Part shown: positions 1 to 12,745 of the stretch, in pieces
Position numbering within the stretch: the first letter of the stretch is position 1
How the letters are laid out: each line of letters opens with the position of its first letter
Source of the DNA: Euprymna scolopes
Taxonomy: Eukaryota
Length of the DNA stretch: 64,000 nucleotides
Reading direction: 5' to 3' (one strand)
NCBI GenBank assembly: GCA_053919585.1
Contig: CM132792.1
Position numbers and translations under genes: made by a program
Notes under the pieces: model-generated
Database searches by the model: none
What the model saw: the letters and a program-made list of their open reading frames with translations, nothing else
What the model was told of the DNA's origin: nothing

Positions 1-930
1 AAACGTGATGTACTATATAAGCCATTATGTTCAAACGTGATGTACTATATAAGCCATTATGTTCAAACGTGATGTACTATATAAGCCATTATGTTCAAAC
101 GTGATGTACTATATAAGCCATTATGTTCAAACGTGATGTACTATATAAGCCATCATGTTCAAACGTGATGTACTATATAAGCCATTATGTTCAAACGTGA
201 TGTACTATATAAGCCATCATGTTCAAACGTGATGTACTATATAAGCCATTATGTTCAAACGTGATGTACTATATAAGCCATCATGTTCAAACGTGATGTA
301 CTATATAAGCCATTATGTTCAAACGTGATGTACTATATAAGCCATTATGTTCAAACGTGATGTACTATATAAGCCATCATGTTCAAACGTGATGTACTAT
401 ATAAGCCATTATGTTCAAACGTGATGTACTATATAAGCCATCATGTTCAAACGTGATGTACTATATAAGCCATTATGTTCAAACGTGATGTACTATATAA
501 GCCATCATGTTCAAACGTGATGTACTATATAAGCCATTATGTTCAAACGTGATGTACTATATAAGCCATTATGTTCAAACGTGATGTACTATATAAGCCA
601 TCATGTTCAAACGTGATGTACTATATAAGCCATCATGTTCAAACGTGATGTACTATATAAGCCATTATGTTCAAACGTGATGTACTATATAAGCCATTAT
701 GTTCAAACGTGATGTACTATATAAGCCATTATGTTCAAACGTGATGTACTATATAAGCCATTATGTTCAAACGTGATGTACTATATAAGCCATCATGTTC
801 AAACGTAGATGTACTGTATCAGCTATTATGTTTAAACTTCATATCAGCAATTATGTTAAAATGTGACATACTATATCAGCCATTGTATTCAAACGTGATA
901 TACGATATCAACCATTATACTCAAACGTTA
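1..930. repeat. 32-bp minisatellite (AAACGTGATGTACTATATAAGCCAT[T/C]ATGTTC), ~25 near-perfect copies then a degenerating edge
   Basis: Unit recurs exactly every 32 nt (1, 33, ... 481, ... 801). One T/C variant site. Decays over 801-930. Runs off the left edge of the window. Confidence 0.97.
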
Positions 931-974
931 AGTACCTGTTCTTAACAATAATAAAACTTTTAATCGTCAAAATA

Positions 975-1615
975 TGTGTTCTAATTTATATAACAAATGA
1001 TTTGTTCTGATGATAAATTTTGATTTCCTTGGAGAAGATCAAGCATGATCCTCCTGGAAAGTAATGAACAGAAATACAGGCCCGAGTATTTTTTAGATGA
1101 ACACAGCACTATATAATTATGAATCAATCCTATAAAAAATTGACGCATTTTAATTTTTATAAAACTTTTCAATTAGTATTATTGACAGCAATAAACACGT
1201 ATACAATCAGCATTTAACATTCAATTCATGTCTACAAATCATTATGTCGACATACTGTTCACATTTTCCATCAGATTGTCAAGAAAGTCTACACGGTTTT
1301 TAACTTTTAAATTCAGATAACCGTATCTCGACCCAAACAAAAAATTATTGATCTACATAAACACCATCAGAATCAACACACTTTTGCTAACGCAAAACCA
1401 GTGTATTTATGTCAGTAACGTAAAAATGTTGCGTTTTTGTGGAGATAAAGTCACTGAAGGTGTTTTCGATATTGCTTAGGTTTTCGAAGCATTTCTCACG
1501 CAGAAAGTTGTCGAAATGTTTGAAAAAGTGGTAGTCGGTAGGTGAGAAGTCTGAAGAGCATAGCAAATTCCTCCTGAGTTTTGATAGAAAAATTCCCGAG
1601 TTTGACAAGGTACAC
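975..1615 (-). mobile_element. Decayed mariner transposon fragments
   Basis: ORF 1387-1608 contains SSDFSPTDYHFFKHFDNFL (YSPDLAPxD-type mariner motif). The 1270-1320 segment recurs at ~38355-38405. Confidence 0.75.
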
Positions 1616-2511
1616 TTAAAAAAGGTCGAAGGTTACATCGACTAAAACATTGTGAAAATAACATGTAAGATGTGAACACTAGTCCGAACAATCAAAATAA
1701 TACGCGCGTTTTATGATTGTACGGCTTCTTTTTTATATAAAATATATGCTATACACGTCCTTATCATGCATCAACTGTTTAATATCTTAAGCAGTGTGTG
1801 CTACATAAAAATATTTCCACGGTGCAAGAATAATGGTTTCTTTATGAATATTTAAAACAATTTATGATTTTATTATAAGAATTATTCCCACCTATTAGCC
1901 CTTCACCAAAAATTCTAATAATTTTGTTTTTAAGAGAATGGATAACAAAAAGTAAAAAATAATCAAAAACATAAATGTTTCTTTGTTTCTTTTGATCATA
2001 GCACGAGTTTTACACGTCGCTACAACATTAGATTAATGTATTCTGTATTTGATGTGTTCATTGTTTGAACCATTGTATTTAATCTTGTTATCTTGAAAAA
2101 TATCAGTTAAAATAAAATTCGATAACTGGTTATAAAATGTGGAAACAATTGTAGGAATATGTTGAATATTGAGAGATGGAAAGAGAAGATCCTGTGTAGT
2201 TTTGACGTCAAAACGAGAAATCTGAGTAAAAACTAGTACCTTTCTCAAGCTATAATTTAGCAAAAGAGAAAGAGAACGTGTTGAAGACTTTAATGGTTGG
2301 GAGAGGCATTTTGATTACATAATAATAGATATTCGGTACTATTGTTCACTAAAATGTTTTTTTTCCTCACGAAGGTTAATTAAGAACTGAACTCTTTGTT
2401 GGTTTATTTAACAATGCCGCTGATCTGTGCAATGCAGTGTCAATTAAAGATGGCGGTCAAGAACGTCTAACTCAATTACAGATAACAATAAAACTAGAAG
2501 CAATGCAAAAC

Positions 2512-2566
<55 letters not shown>

Positions 2567-3047
2567 TATGTATATATAATATATTGATAAGTTGTTTCTG
2601 AACTTTTGAGATGAGGATAGATTATTTTTATTATTTGGATTCTTCGAATTCATCTTGAGTATTATTTTCACAACGTTTCGGTCCATGCAACCTTTGACCA
2701 TTTTAGGTGTAGCATGTGGAACTTGGGAATGTTTCTGTCGAATTATGGGTTTTATACACGATTTCGAGACCCGTACCGTAACGAACTACTAAGTAAATTT
2801 CAGTTCTAAGCGACACTCTTCCGGAAGTTTGAAAATTCAACCATCAGTGCAGACGATACTAAGAATACAACTGCGAATTACTTAACACTTCTACTCGGCC
2901 ATGGCTGACAGAAAAGAAACATGATGCTTAAGGCAATTAAATAAAGAAGGGTTCTGTTCGAAATTGTGTACAGATTCCTGAGCTTGACAGAAATATACCA
3001 GAGTTCGACAAGATACAGCCCAAGAAAACCGAATTATTGTGAGAATA

Positions 3048-4839
3048 CGAAATGCCCTTAATAAATTTCCAGACTTTTCTTGTACAGGCATTTAAAATTA
3101 TTGTAGACTCTTGAAACTTCAGTATGTTATTGCAATGCATCTTATCAGATGACTAATTTTTTATTATTTCAGGTAAAATGAACAGCTACAGCAGGTATTG
3201 GAATACACCCTACTACAGTTGTCATCCTCAATGAAGCACACTACAGCTTTAATTTAAAACATTTATTGAAAAAATCAATTAAGGTAAATTGATTATGGAG
3301 TAGACCTGATATCTAATCAATGTAGCGGCCTTCAGCCTCCATCACCGACTCGATATGGGTCCGGAACTGGAAGGATGCCTTTTTTACAAGCGCTGGCGCT
3401 AGTTCGTTGAATACTCGGCGGATGGCGGCGATCAGGCTGGCTTTGGTGTTGTGAGAAGTCATGTTGGTGATGTTCTCGACGTATAACCAAACGAAGTACT
3501 CCAGAGGGTTCAGGTCAAGGGAAGAGCGGAGATAAGTGAAAGAAGAGTACAAAATCGTAGCACTCCTTCTTAATCCGAGCCTGGGTTTCTATGGAATTAT
3601 GGACCGGCGCCGAGTCTTGCTGCTACATCCAAGGTCTGTCAGCGGCCACCTGATTGCATCAGGGGATCACCACACCCTTCAGCACACCCAGGTACACTTG
3701 ATGTTGACTTTCAAGCCGATTTCGAAAATGTGAGGTGGCATGATGTAACCCTCACTTGAAACCACACCAAAGACCATAACTGTGGCCGGAAACTTTGTTT
3801 TCCTAAGGTTGGGCACATCCCTGTTATTCGTGGCCATTCAGAGATGCATTTTGTGGATGCTGGCAATAGTCATGTTGTCATAACTTGGAAAGGTAGAGAG
3901 CATGAGTTGTACAGCGCAGCATCTCCGATCTCGCTCGTTTAACATTGTGTCACTTTCAGACATGGTAGAAGGCTCATATCCTTCTTGAGATTTGTACACA
4001 ACTGGACAACTAGCAAATGGTATGCAAAAAAGAAAGCCGGTTTTCATCAAACGGAAACGGAAATGTCGTCTTTTGAATGGCGACAACTGGTGAATTTTAA
4101 AAATGCAATCTAGAAGTGAGGACACTTTAGAAAAGATATGCAATAAAATTCTGTTTTATACTTGGAAAAAATGCCATGGAAACTAATGGAGTGATTCAGA
4201 TTGCTTTTGGGTCATCTTGCATAAATCGAGCATCAGTTTTTGAATGACATAAGAGATTCAAAGAAGGCAGGGAGTTTGTGAGGGATAATGAAAGGTGTGG
4301 GAGGAGTAAAGAAGTCAGAACACCAGAGTGGATTAGCCAAATACAGAATTTCATTTTAATAAAAAATTTCATGGACAAGGAGCGTCGTGTGTCTATAGAG
4401 ACAATAAGTGCACAATTTTATGTCATTTTGGGAATTGTACACACAATTATTCACAAGGAACTATAAATGCAGAAGATTTGCGTGAAGTTCACAATTCCAT
4501 CCTTTTCACAGACTATTTGACCAAGCTGGGCATCAAGACAGTTTCTCATCATCTCTATAGTCCATAATTTGCTTCCTGTTACTTTTGGTTATTCCCTAAA
4601 CTCAAGGAAAACCTGTAAGGCTGTTGTTGTTAGACAATTGAGGAGATAAAAGAAGCTGTGACGAGGGTGATTGACAAGCTCACATAAGAGGACTTCGATG
4701 GAGCCTTCCAGAAATTGTTGGAAAGGTACAACGTGCATTGCAGCCAGAGAAGATCACTTTGAAGGGGACAAGAGTTTCATGTGTCTTCTTTCAATAAAAG
4801 TGCCCATAAAAAATCTGCAAACTTATTTAGGACACCTCG
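3048..4839 (+). mobile_element. Mariner (DD34D-type) element, decayed, TA-flanked, carrying a nested insertion
   Basis: Imperfect TIRs (cga..cttaataaatttccagactttt / aaaatctgcaaacttatttaggacacctcg) with TA on both sides. 4140-4770 translates in pieces to AIKFC..GKNAMET..VFE*HKRFKEGREFVRDNERCGR and a degenerate YSPDL-like region followed by FWLFPKLKE. Confidence 0.8.
3216..4089 (-). mobile_element. Tc1/mariner-superfamily (maT/DD37D-like) element nested in the mariner
   Basis: TIRs cagttgtcatcctcaa / ttgaatggcgacaactg with TA at the left. Minus strand encodes SLDLNPLEYFVW..VE (SPDLNPLD motif) and VMVFGVVSSEG..MPPHIF. Confidence 0.75.
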
Positions 4840-5500
4840 TAAGACTCAACATGAAAACAATAATTCAAATAATCTCAAATAATACAAATCTGTGACAAAG
4901 TGTATATTTACGGTATAACTCAAAACGCACACACGCACATACACACACACGCACACACACGCACACACACGCACATGCACACACACCTATGAATTATGCG
5001 AATATTTTCACGGGATCATCGCTATATACACCATATATATAATTTTGTTTAATTAAAAAATGTATTACACTACCTTATTTATGCTAATGATTTCGCCGGT
5101 TAAAATCGCTAAACAAAAAAAAACGTATTAAAGAAGGCAACATAAGGAACCTTATTTCGAATATCTATAAGATATAAACAGTTTCATAGTATTTCAATCA
5201 CGTATTGGAACAAGGAAATATAGTTATAATGCGTAAAAAAAAAAAAAAAAAAAAAAAAATTGCCGCGGCATATGAGTTGAATTATTTATTTAGATAATGT
5301 GGGCGTTCTCCAGACATACTTGCTCGTCAGTGAAACGGCCTAAGCTAGTGGCCGTGGTAAGCGGTTCTTGCAATGGACAGATACGAATTTTGTACAAATT
5401 TAATTTTTTACTTTGTGAAATTATTTGTTATCACAACCCCCGTGGACTAAATTGATTCTTTTTTTTAGTCATAGTTCTCATAAACAGAGTTATATATACA

Positions 5501-6790
5501 CGAGGGGTGTGCAATAAGTAATGCCCTGACCCACTTCCCATAGCAGTAGAGCAACGAAACTTGGCACAGTTATTAGTCTTTCTTTACATAGGAACCACCC
5601 AGAGTTATGCATTTCTCCCATCGTTTGATGCAGCTCTGGACACCGTTTTTATAGAACACCCCAGGTTGGTCTTTCAACCACGACGTGACTTCAGAAATCA
5701 AGGCTGGATCATCTGGAAAACACTTTCCTTTCAAAAACAACTTCCTGGCTGGGAAGAGGTGAAAGTTAGAGGGTGCAAAATAAGGAGAGTAGGGCGGATG
5801 GAGTTTGATTTCATAACCAACGTCCGTGCTTCTGATCTGGCGACATGCGAGTTGTGGACCGGAGCGTTCTCCTACAGGAGAAGGGTACCTTTGCTGATCT
5901 TGCCCCGCCTCTTGATTTTGATAGCTTCCCTTTATTTCCTCAAAAGTGAAGCATAATAGGCTTCTGTAATTGTGGCACCCTTTGCCAGGAAATATGTCAT
6001 CACTAATCCGTCCTGGTCCCAGAAGACTGTGAGCATGACCTTGCCAGCGGAGGCTCGCACCCTTGCCTTCTTTGGAGGTGTTGAGTTCAAGTGCTTCCAC
6101 TGCATTGACTGGGCTTTGGTCTCTGGATCATAGTGATGGACCCAGGTTTTATCCTGTGTAATAAGTCTTTTGAAAAACTTTGACTCATCTTCTTGGAACA
6201 TCTCCAAATTCATCCTCGAGTACTCGACGCGTTCTCGCTTCTGGAATGATGTGAGCAACCTGGGAATCCATCTGGCAGACACCTTATGCATATGCAAATG
6301 TTCCTGAATGATAGTTTCCACGGACCCTGTACTAATCTTGACATCTTGGGCTATTTGGCAAATCGTAATGCGCCGATCTTTCAGAATGGCAGCCTCAACT
6401 TGACGGGCAGATGCCTCATCAATGGCAGAAGGGGGGCGACCAGGTCTGGGAACTGTTTCCACAGACTTCCGGCCGCGTTTGAATTCACGATGCCAGCGTT
6501 TTACAAGGTCATATGATGGGTCATTATCACCATAAGTTTCTTTCATTTCATCAAAAGTCTCCTGTGGTGTGCGTCCTCTCAAATACAAAAACCGGTCACT
6601 GCTCGACATTCAACAGGCCCCATTTCACACCTGACTCAGTTCAAACACCTGTAAAACAGAAATCACAATAAGTACAGAGCTGTAGTTTGCCACATAATCG
6701 GTATAGATATAAATCGTTACACATGCAAAATTTCAGCTAGATCAGACAACTAGAAGTGGCTCAGGGGCATTACTTATTGCACGTCCCTCG
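5501..6790 (-). mobile_element. Full-length (~1290 bp) mariner transposon
   Basis: ~38-bp TIRs cgaggggtgtgcaataagtaatgccctgacccacttc and gaagtggctcaggggcattacttattgcacgtccctcg. TA after the right end. Confidence 0.95.
5573..6623 (-). pseudogene. Mariner transposase, frameshifted
   Basis: HTH region, WIPRLL (WVPHEL-like), ITQDKTW (TGDETW), GKVMLTVFWD, HPPYSPYFAPSNFHLF (YSPDLAPSD with the third catalytic D mutated). Split over ORFs 5932-6609 and 5573-6100. Probable ATG at 6623. Confidence 0.92.
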
Positions 6791-6951
6791 TATGCTTTAA
6801 TTATATATAAGTATATGCTATAATGCTCCCTATCTTAGGTTGGGCATATTGAGAAGTGATATACAAATTGCCATTAGCGTAGAAAGCGATGTCCTTTGTG
6901 TCAACAAATTAAGCTTAGGTATTTGGACGATATCAAAACACTGCCCGCATG

Positions 6952-7090
6952 GCAGCAGCCGTATAGCGCAACGGTTAGAAGCTCTGACTGTTGTTTGGAC
7001 AATCGCGTTTCGATCCTAGCTTGAGATAGTTGCTTCTCTAACCGCACTGATGAGCTGTGAAACAGCGAAAAAGTACTGTATGCGGATGAC
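6952..7090 (+). mobile_element. tRNA-headed short element ending in a hammerhead ribozyme
   Basis: A-box-like TAGCGCAACGG (6963-6973) and B-box-like GTTTCGATCC (~7007-7016), then an HHR at 7042-7085, then a (TA)-rich tail. Confidence 0.75.
7042..7085 (+). ncRNA. Type I hammerhead ribozyme (one mismatch in stem III)
   Basis: CCGCA-CUGAUGA-GCUGU(GAA)ACAGC-GAAA-A-AGUACU-GUA-UGCGG. Stem I 5 bp, stem II 5 bp, palindromic stem III loop, GUA triplet. Confidence 0.85.
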
Positions 7091-7147
7091 TATATATATA
7101 TATTATATAAATATATATATATATAGACATAATATTTTACAATTTAT

Positions 7148-7181
<34 letters not shown>

Positions 7182-7513
7182 TTATATATAGAATTAATAT
7201 TTTACAAGGAGTGTATATATGAATTTTTAGTATTTAGATCAACAGGGCTCATTAAGTAAAACAACTAAACTAACATAATATATAAAATATCAACAAAATA
7301 TAAGAAAGCATATTTCAGTAAATTCAAGTTAAAACCGGATCAAATTTTTATGCGCAAAGAAAGCTGATTCACGTCTCTCCAAGAATAAATACATAGAGAT
7401 GAAATAGAACTCAGCTAAACCTTTTGTCTGATAAACGCCCTACGATTTGCTAGTGAAAACAAAAGTAAGAATAAGCAAGAATCTGATTGATTATATTGCC
7501 AACTTAATACCAC

Positions 7514-7573
<60 letters not shown>

Positions 7574-7599
7574 AAAATGTGTTTATAATTACATATAAT

Positions 7600-8163
7600 A
7601 AATTTATATAAAAAATGTATATATGTAAAAATATTTTTAACTTTTATATATCTAATTTTAAATAAATAAGAATGTAAATATACTAAATATTAATCATAGT
7701 GGGCGTGATAAGTAGTTAAATGGATTAATCCTAATCGTATAAATACAAGACTGATAAATTAAAAAATTAAAAAATGTATCCATTTTAAGTGTGGAAATTG
7801 ATGAATCGCACAGGTAAGAAATTCATTTTTATAGTATGAAAAGGTTAGTAATTGCAATTAAGAATAGGAAATTGGATGAAATGTTTGTAACATGTCTTCT
7901 TCCTAAGATTAAGGGTGGTGGTGTTTGATCAACACTGTTGGGGATCCATGATGTAATATACTGTTTTGTTTTTAAATCCTCGAAACAGTGTTTCATGGTA
8001 AACAACTGATGATCCCTTGAAAAATAAATTATTGGTATTATAGTAAATTCGAGAGCGAGTTGATGCAGTGATTGCAGGTGATTAAATGACTTACTGACTA
8101 GATGGTTTTCTAACGAATGATAAAAAATATTTTTTGTATAGTTTTAAAGGTTAAATACTTCAA

Positions 8164-8170
<7 letters not shown>
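7600..8170 (+). repeat. Unclassified dispersed repeat, inverted copy at ~52370-53000
   Basis: tgtttgatcaacactgttgggg...atcccttgaa at 7922-8021 is the reverse complement of ~52547-52646. Confidence 0.6.
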
Positions 8171-8237
<67 letters not shown>

Positions 8238-8239
8238 CC

Positions 8240-8465
8240 ATATATGAGAAAATCTATATTCCAAATTTTCAGATGTTTACATCTTACAATTTATTCTTTT
8301 AAGTACGTTGACATGTACAATTCATGACGGCATCTGTTTCGTAGCGCTATGTACCAATCAATGAATCTATTCTGCTCTTAACTCCTCATGTCACCGTAAT
8401 TAAAGAAATAAATTGTAAGATTGTAAACATCTTGAAATTTGGAATATAAACTTTTGTCATTTATT
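8240..8465. repeat. Fold-back (inverted repeat) with ~60-bp arms
   Basis: tatattccaaattttcagatgtttacatcttacaatttattcttt versus aaagaaataaattgtaagattgtaaacatcttgaaatttggaatata. Confidence 0.8.
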
Positions 8466-8475
8466 TGTTATATTT

Positions 8476-10140
8476 ACAGGGCTACCCGGTGTTGCTCGGG
8501 ACCGTATAAAACAATTAGAAATTGAAGTTGCTTTTGAACATACCTCATATTTTAGGATAGAGGAATTTGTGATGTCTATGTATCATTTGCTATCTCGGGC
8601 AAAAAAATATATTACCTACCCTAGGACGGGTATTGCTCAACACATGTACGAAATAATTGTAGCTTCCTAGGATGGCTAATTTACAGCCCGTATATGAAAT
8701 AATTTTAGGACAGGTAATGTACAACACATATTTAAAATACTTTTACCTACTCCCCGACTGGTTATGTAAATACATATATAAAATAATTTAATATACTCTC
8801 GACAGATATTGTACAACAATGTATGTCATTTTTAGGATGTGATAAAGAAACAGCATTATTTTGCCAGTTTACGTAATTTTCGGAATGTTACAAGTAAGCA
8901 GTACGTATTATTTTATCAATTTATCTGCTTTTTGGAATGTGACATATAAGAAATCAGCATCACTTGATCAATGTATGTGATTCTTGGAATGTGACAAATA
9001 AGCACAAAACATTACTTGATCCCTATAGCTCATTTTTAGAATCAGCAGTTTCTTCCATGTAATTTTAAAACAATCAAACACTCAGTATTACATGATCAGT
9101 TTTACGTGATTTTCAGAATATGACAAATAAGAATTTAGCATTACTAGATCTATTTACGTTATTTTTGGAATGTGACAAATAAGCACCCACCATTACTTGA
9201 TCAATATACCTGATTTTTAGAATCAGCTGTTTTTCTATGTGATTTTTTTAAATATTAAATCTATTGTCAGTGTCGTGCATCAATGATGCACGACACTGAC
9301 AATAGATATGCACTGCATCATAAATGTTTCAAGTGGTATCATGCATTGTCTGGAGTGACGTTCATAAAAAATCAAGTGACTTCATGCCCTGTCTATAGCG
9401 ATTTCAATAAAAAAATTTCAAGTGGCTTCATTCCTTGTCTGGAGCGACAATAGATATGCACTGCATCATAAATGTTTCAAGTGGTATCATGCATTGTCTG
9501 GAGTGACGTTCATAAAAAATCAAGTGACTTCATGCCCTGTCTATAGCGATTTCAATAAAAACAATTCAAGTGGCTTCATTCCTTGTCTGGAGCGATTTCC
9601 ATACAACTTTAGGTGGCTTCATTCATTGTCTAAAGCGATTTCCATACAAAAAGCAAGTGGCTTCATGCCTTGTATAGAGCGCTTATCATAAAAAAAATTC
9701 ATCTGGCTTCGTGCCTGGACAGGAGAGATTTCCATAAAAATTTTAGAAGCTTGATGTCTTGTCTGGAGTGACTTTAATAAAACATTTCAAGTTGCTTCAT
9801 GTCTTTGTTGGAGCGATTTTCATAAAAAAAAATCCAGTGGCATAATGCCTTGTCTGGAGCGATTTCCATTTAAATTTTAAAGTTGCTTCATGTCTTGTTG
9901 TAAGCGAATTTTCATAAAAACTTCAAGTGGCACAATACCTTGTCTTGAAGACTTTCATAAAAAAATTTCAAGTGGCTTCGTGCTTTGTCTGGAACGATTT
10001 CCATAAAAAAAATTAAGTGGCTTTATGATTGTCTGAAGCGATTTTCATATGAAATGTAAAGTTTCTTCATGCCTTGTCTTGAGCAATTTCCATAAAAAAT
10101 TTAAGTGGCTTCATGCCTTGTCAGGAACTCTTTCTCTATT
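8476..10140 (-). repeat. Probable non-autonomous Helitron-like element carrying internal satellites (~60-bp and ~43-bp units)
   Basis: Hairpin-like end acccggtgttgctcggg near 8484. Repeats of ggaatgtgacaaataag..cattacttgatc (8820-9250) and aagtggcttcatgccttgtctggagcgatttccataaaaa (9320-10125). 148-bp direct duplication 9298-9445 / 9446-9593. Confidence 0.55.
9259..9307. repeat. Perfect 24-bp-arm palindrome with 1-nt spacer
   Basis: atctattgtcagtgtcgtgcatca-a-tgatgcacgacactgacaatagat. Confidence 0.95.
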
Positions 10141-11335
10141 TAAATATATATGTTTGTGTTTGTGCGTGTGTATATGTGCGTGCATGGTGCATATGGAATA
10201 TTTCTATTTATTGGGAGTTATCTACAATTGGGAAATGCTAACGTCTTCAATGCTTTAGGCCACTATCTATTTTTCTCAAGTAGCGACCTTATTTAATCAC
10301 AGACTTGCCCTCGGTTTGAAAATCGATTACTGTTGGTCAACTTGGGAATCCACTTAAATCTCTTGAAAATCCGATGAGAATCGAACAAACAGAGAAACAC
10401 GTGCCTTCAACGGAAACAAGAACCGAAAAAGACGACTAAGAATTTCATTATTTTTGTATGGCAGATTTAGATTGTTCCTCCTGTTTTTCACAAAATCCTT
10501 TTAATAAGACTCTATCATTTATCAAGTATTACTTTTTTTATCTCTGTTACTTTATTCCAGGAAGATCTTCGTGTGATGAGGTTCGATTTTAATACACGAT
10601 ATCAAATGCAAGTTAAAAATAAAGTTTATCTAAAACTAATTTATATTTTATTTAATTCACCCCAAACAAAATATATTGCCACCTAGACATAAGCAGCTAC
10701 TCTTATTGGGAAGAAGATTTGTAGCGACATCTCAAGTAGGGAGTTGAGGAACAAGATGTTTATTTACATTACCTATAAATCTTTGCATTTTGGTACAGTC
10801 GGGAAATATGGAAGTAGGGAGTAAATTTCAAAGATCCGAGGAAGATCAGAGTAGAACATTTTCTGGCATCATGGAATCTCTATAGTGAAGAGATGAGATT
10901 TTGCTGGATTCCAGGGTACTATTGCAGACATTTGTTGGTACACACTGTGTAGAATTATTGGTAAAAGAAATAAATGGGTTCAACATTTCAACGATGGATA
11001 GGGAGTTGGGCTAAGTAGACATTACACTTTTGTCTTATTTGTTAGGTGTTATGTCATAGTGTGAAAATTTGTGTTCAGAATGTCCATCCAAGGCTAAGTT
11101 CATAGCAAATGCAGGGTGTGAAGCAATTTTATGCATAAACCGATAAACAATACAATAATCACAAAACATAGAGGATAAGTATATTGATTTTATTGCTGGA
11201 AATGTTAGCATCATATTAATAAAGTTAAATGTGATGATGATCTATTATATCACTCGGGAATCTTGTAAACATCTCTATCTCTACTATTATATAAAAGTCA
11301 GTTTGTGTGTGTGTGAGATAGATAGATAGATAGAT

Positions 11336-11379
<44 letters not shown>

Positions 11380-12070
11380 AGAGAGAAAAAATGACCCCCA
11401 TTATAATCTCTTAACATTTATTGTTTTGATCTCAAATAAAGTTATTAAGTTATTAAGTTAGATCGATGTCCAAGGAACCTATATCTAAAATTTAAAGTGT
11501 TTATACCCAAAATCTCAAAGGTAAAATCGTTTAACTTTGACCTCTTAACAGCCAAATTTCTCTCCGAAAATGGATGACAAAGATTTTCCCAAATCTCAGT
11601 ACCCTGTATATCAAATTTCGATTCTGTAGACTGAAAATTGAAAGAGTTATTTTGTAGGGAAATGTACACAGACATACAGACGGACGCACAGACAAACACG
11701 TTCACTTTTATGGATATTTAGATAGATTAATGTTAACTATATCTCTCAATATTCTTAATTGTCATTAATCTTAAATAAATTTTTTATTTATAATACACAC
11801 ATATATTGTGTCCTTAGAAAATGTATTTCTATTTAGGCATTATAAAATAACACGGAGTGTTTTTGCTTGATAAGATATTTACTTTTTAAAGTTTCAGACC
11901 CATGGTTTACTAATTAAATCTTTCATTTTTTTCGCTTGTACTTTTCGATTGCATTTATAAAATAATCACTGGAAAATAAAGCTAACGTCAGAGAAATGTA
12001 AGATTTGGGAAAAGTGTTGTGGTAGTGACACAGATGTAACCATTCTCTTACTCTTTCTCTCTCTGTCTCC

Positions 12071-12122
<52 letters not shown>

Positions 12123-12189
12123 TCTAAATGACTTTTCTAGCTGGCTTATCGTAAGAGTGACTGGGCGGACGTGAGAGAGAGAAAGAGAG

Positions 12190-12220
<31 letters not shown>

Positions 12221-12479
12221 GAGAAGTAATACAATATATAGGTATATCTAAGTTTATAATGTAAATATACGTGAATATGGTAGTGTATATGATATAGATC
12301 AAATCAAATTAAATTTGTTGGTAAAACAAAGCGCAACAAGCAATGTAAATGTAAATTAAGAAGATGTGTACATACACTGTTGACTGCTTTTTCTAAAACG
12401 ATTTGAATCCTTCATCACTATCATTTGTAGGTTAATCCACAAGTTAGAATCACGGAAAGAATACTGCCTGACTCGTTTG

Positions 12480-12745
12480 CTGGATTCCGTGATCACCATG
12501 CCTTCTGGAGATAAACACTTCTCAAAATTTAAATTCTGGTTGATGCCTTACACAAGAAACGCGTCCCCTCGCATCTTCCACTCCAAAGATCAGATGCCGT
12601 GATCTATCAAGCACTACCTTGAACTGCTTGGTTGTCTGTAAGCTGACTAAGTCTTCTGGATAGCTGTTCCAGAGTGCAACGACCCGAACTGAAAAATACA
12701 TGTTCCGACGAGGTAACCGAAATCCTTTCTGGTACACTTTCTTTG
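12480..12745 (-). mobile_element. CR1/L2-group LINE 3' fragment
   Basis: RRNMYFSVRVVALWNSYPEDLVS resembles the FSxRVVxxWNxLP C-terminal motif. Confidence 0.7.

Larger units (their letters stand above)
2585..4885 (-). mobile_element. Fold-back element with PLE/HHR-like inverted arms and degenerate tRNA-like head, interrupted by a mariner
   Basis: Left arm 2630-2682 (attatttggattcttcgaattcatcttgagtattattttcacaacgtttcggt) is the reverse complement of the right arm split as 3027-3047 plus 4842-4872. A-box-like tggccgagtag on the minus strand near 2891-2901. Homologous to 61198-61639. Confidence 0.65.

Noticed and set aside
1-930. CRISPR array
   Set aside because: The 32-bp units are contiguous with no unique spacers, there are no cas genes, and the context is eukaryotic.
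5561-5956. 131-aa plus-strand ORF
   Set aside because: Antisense shadow of the mariner transposase.
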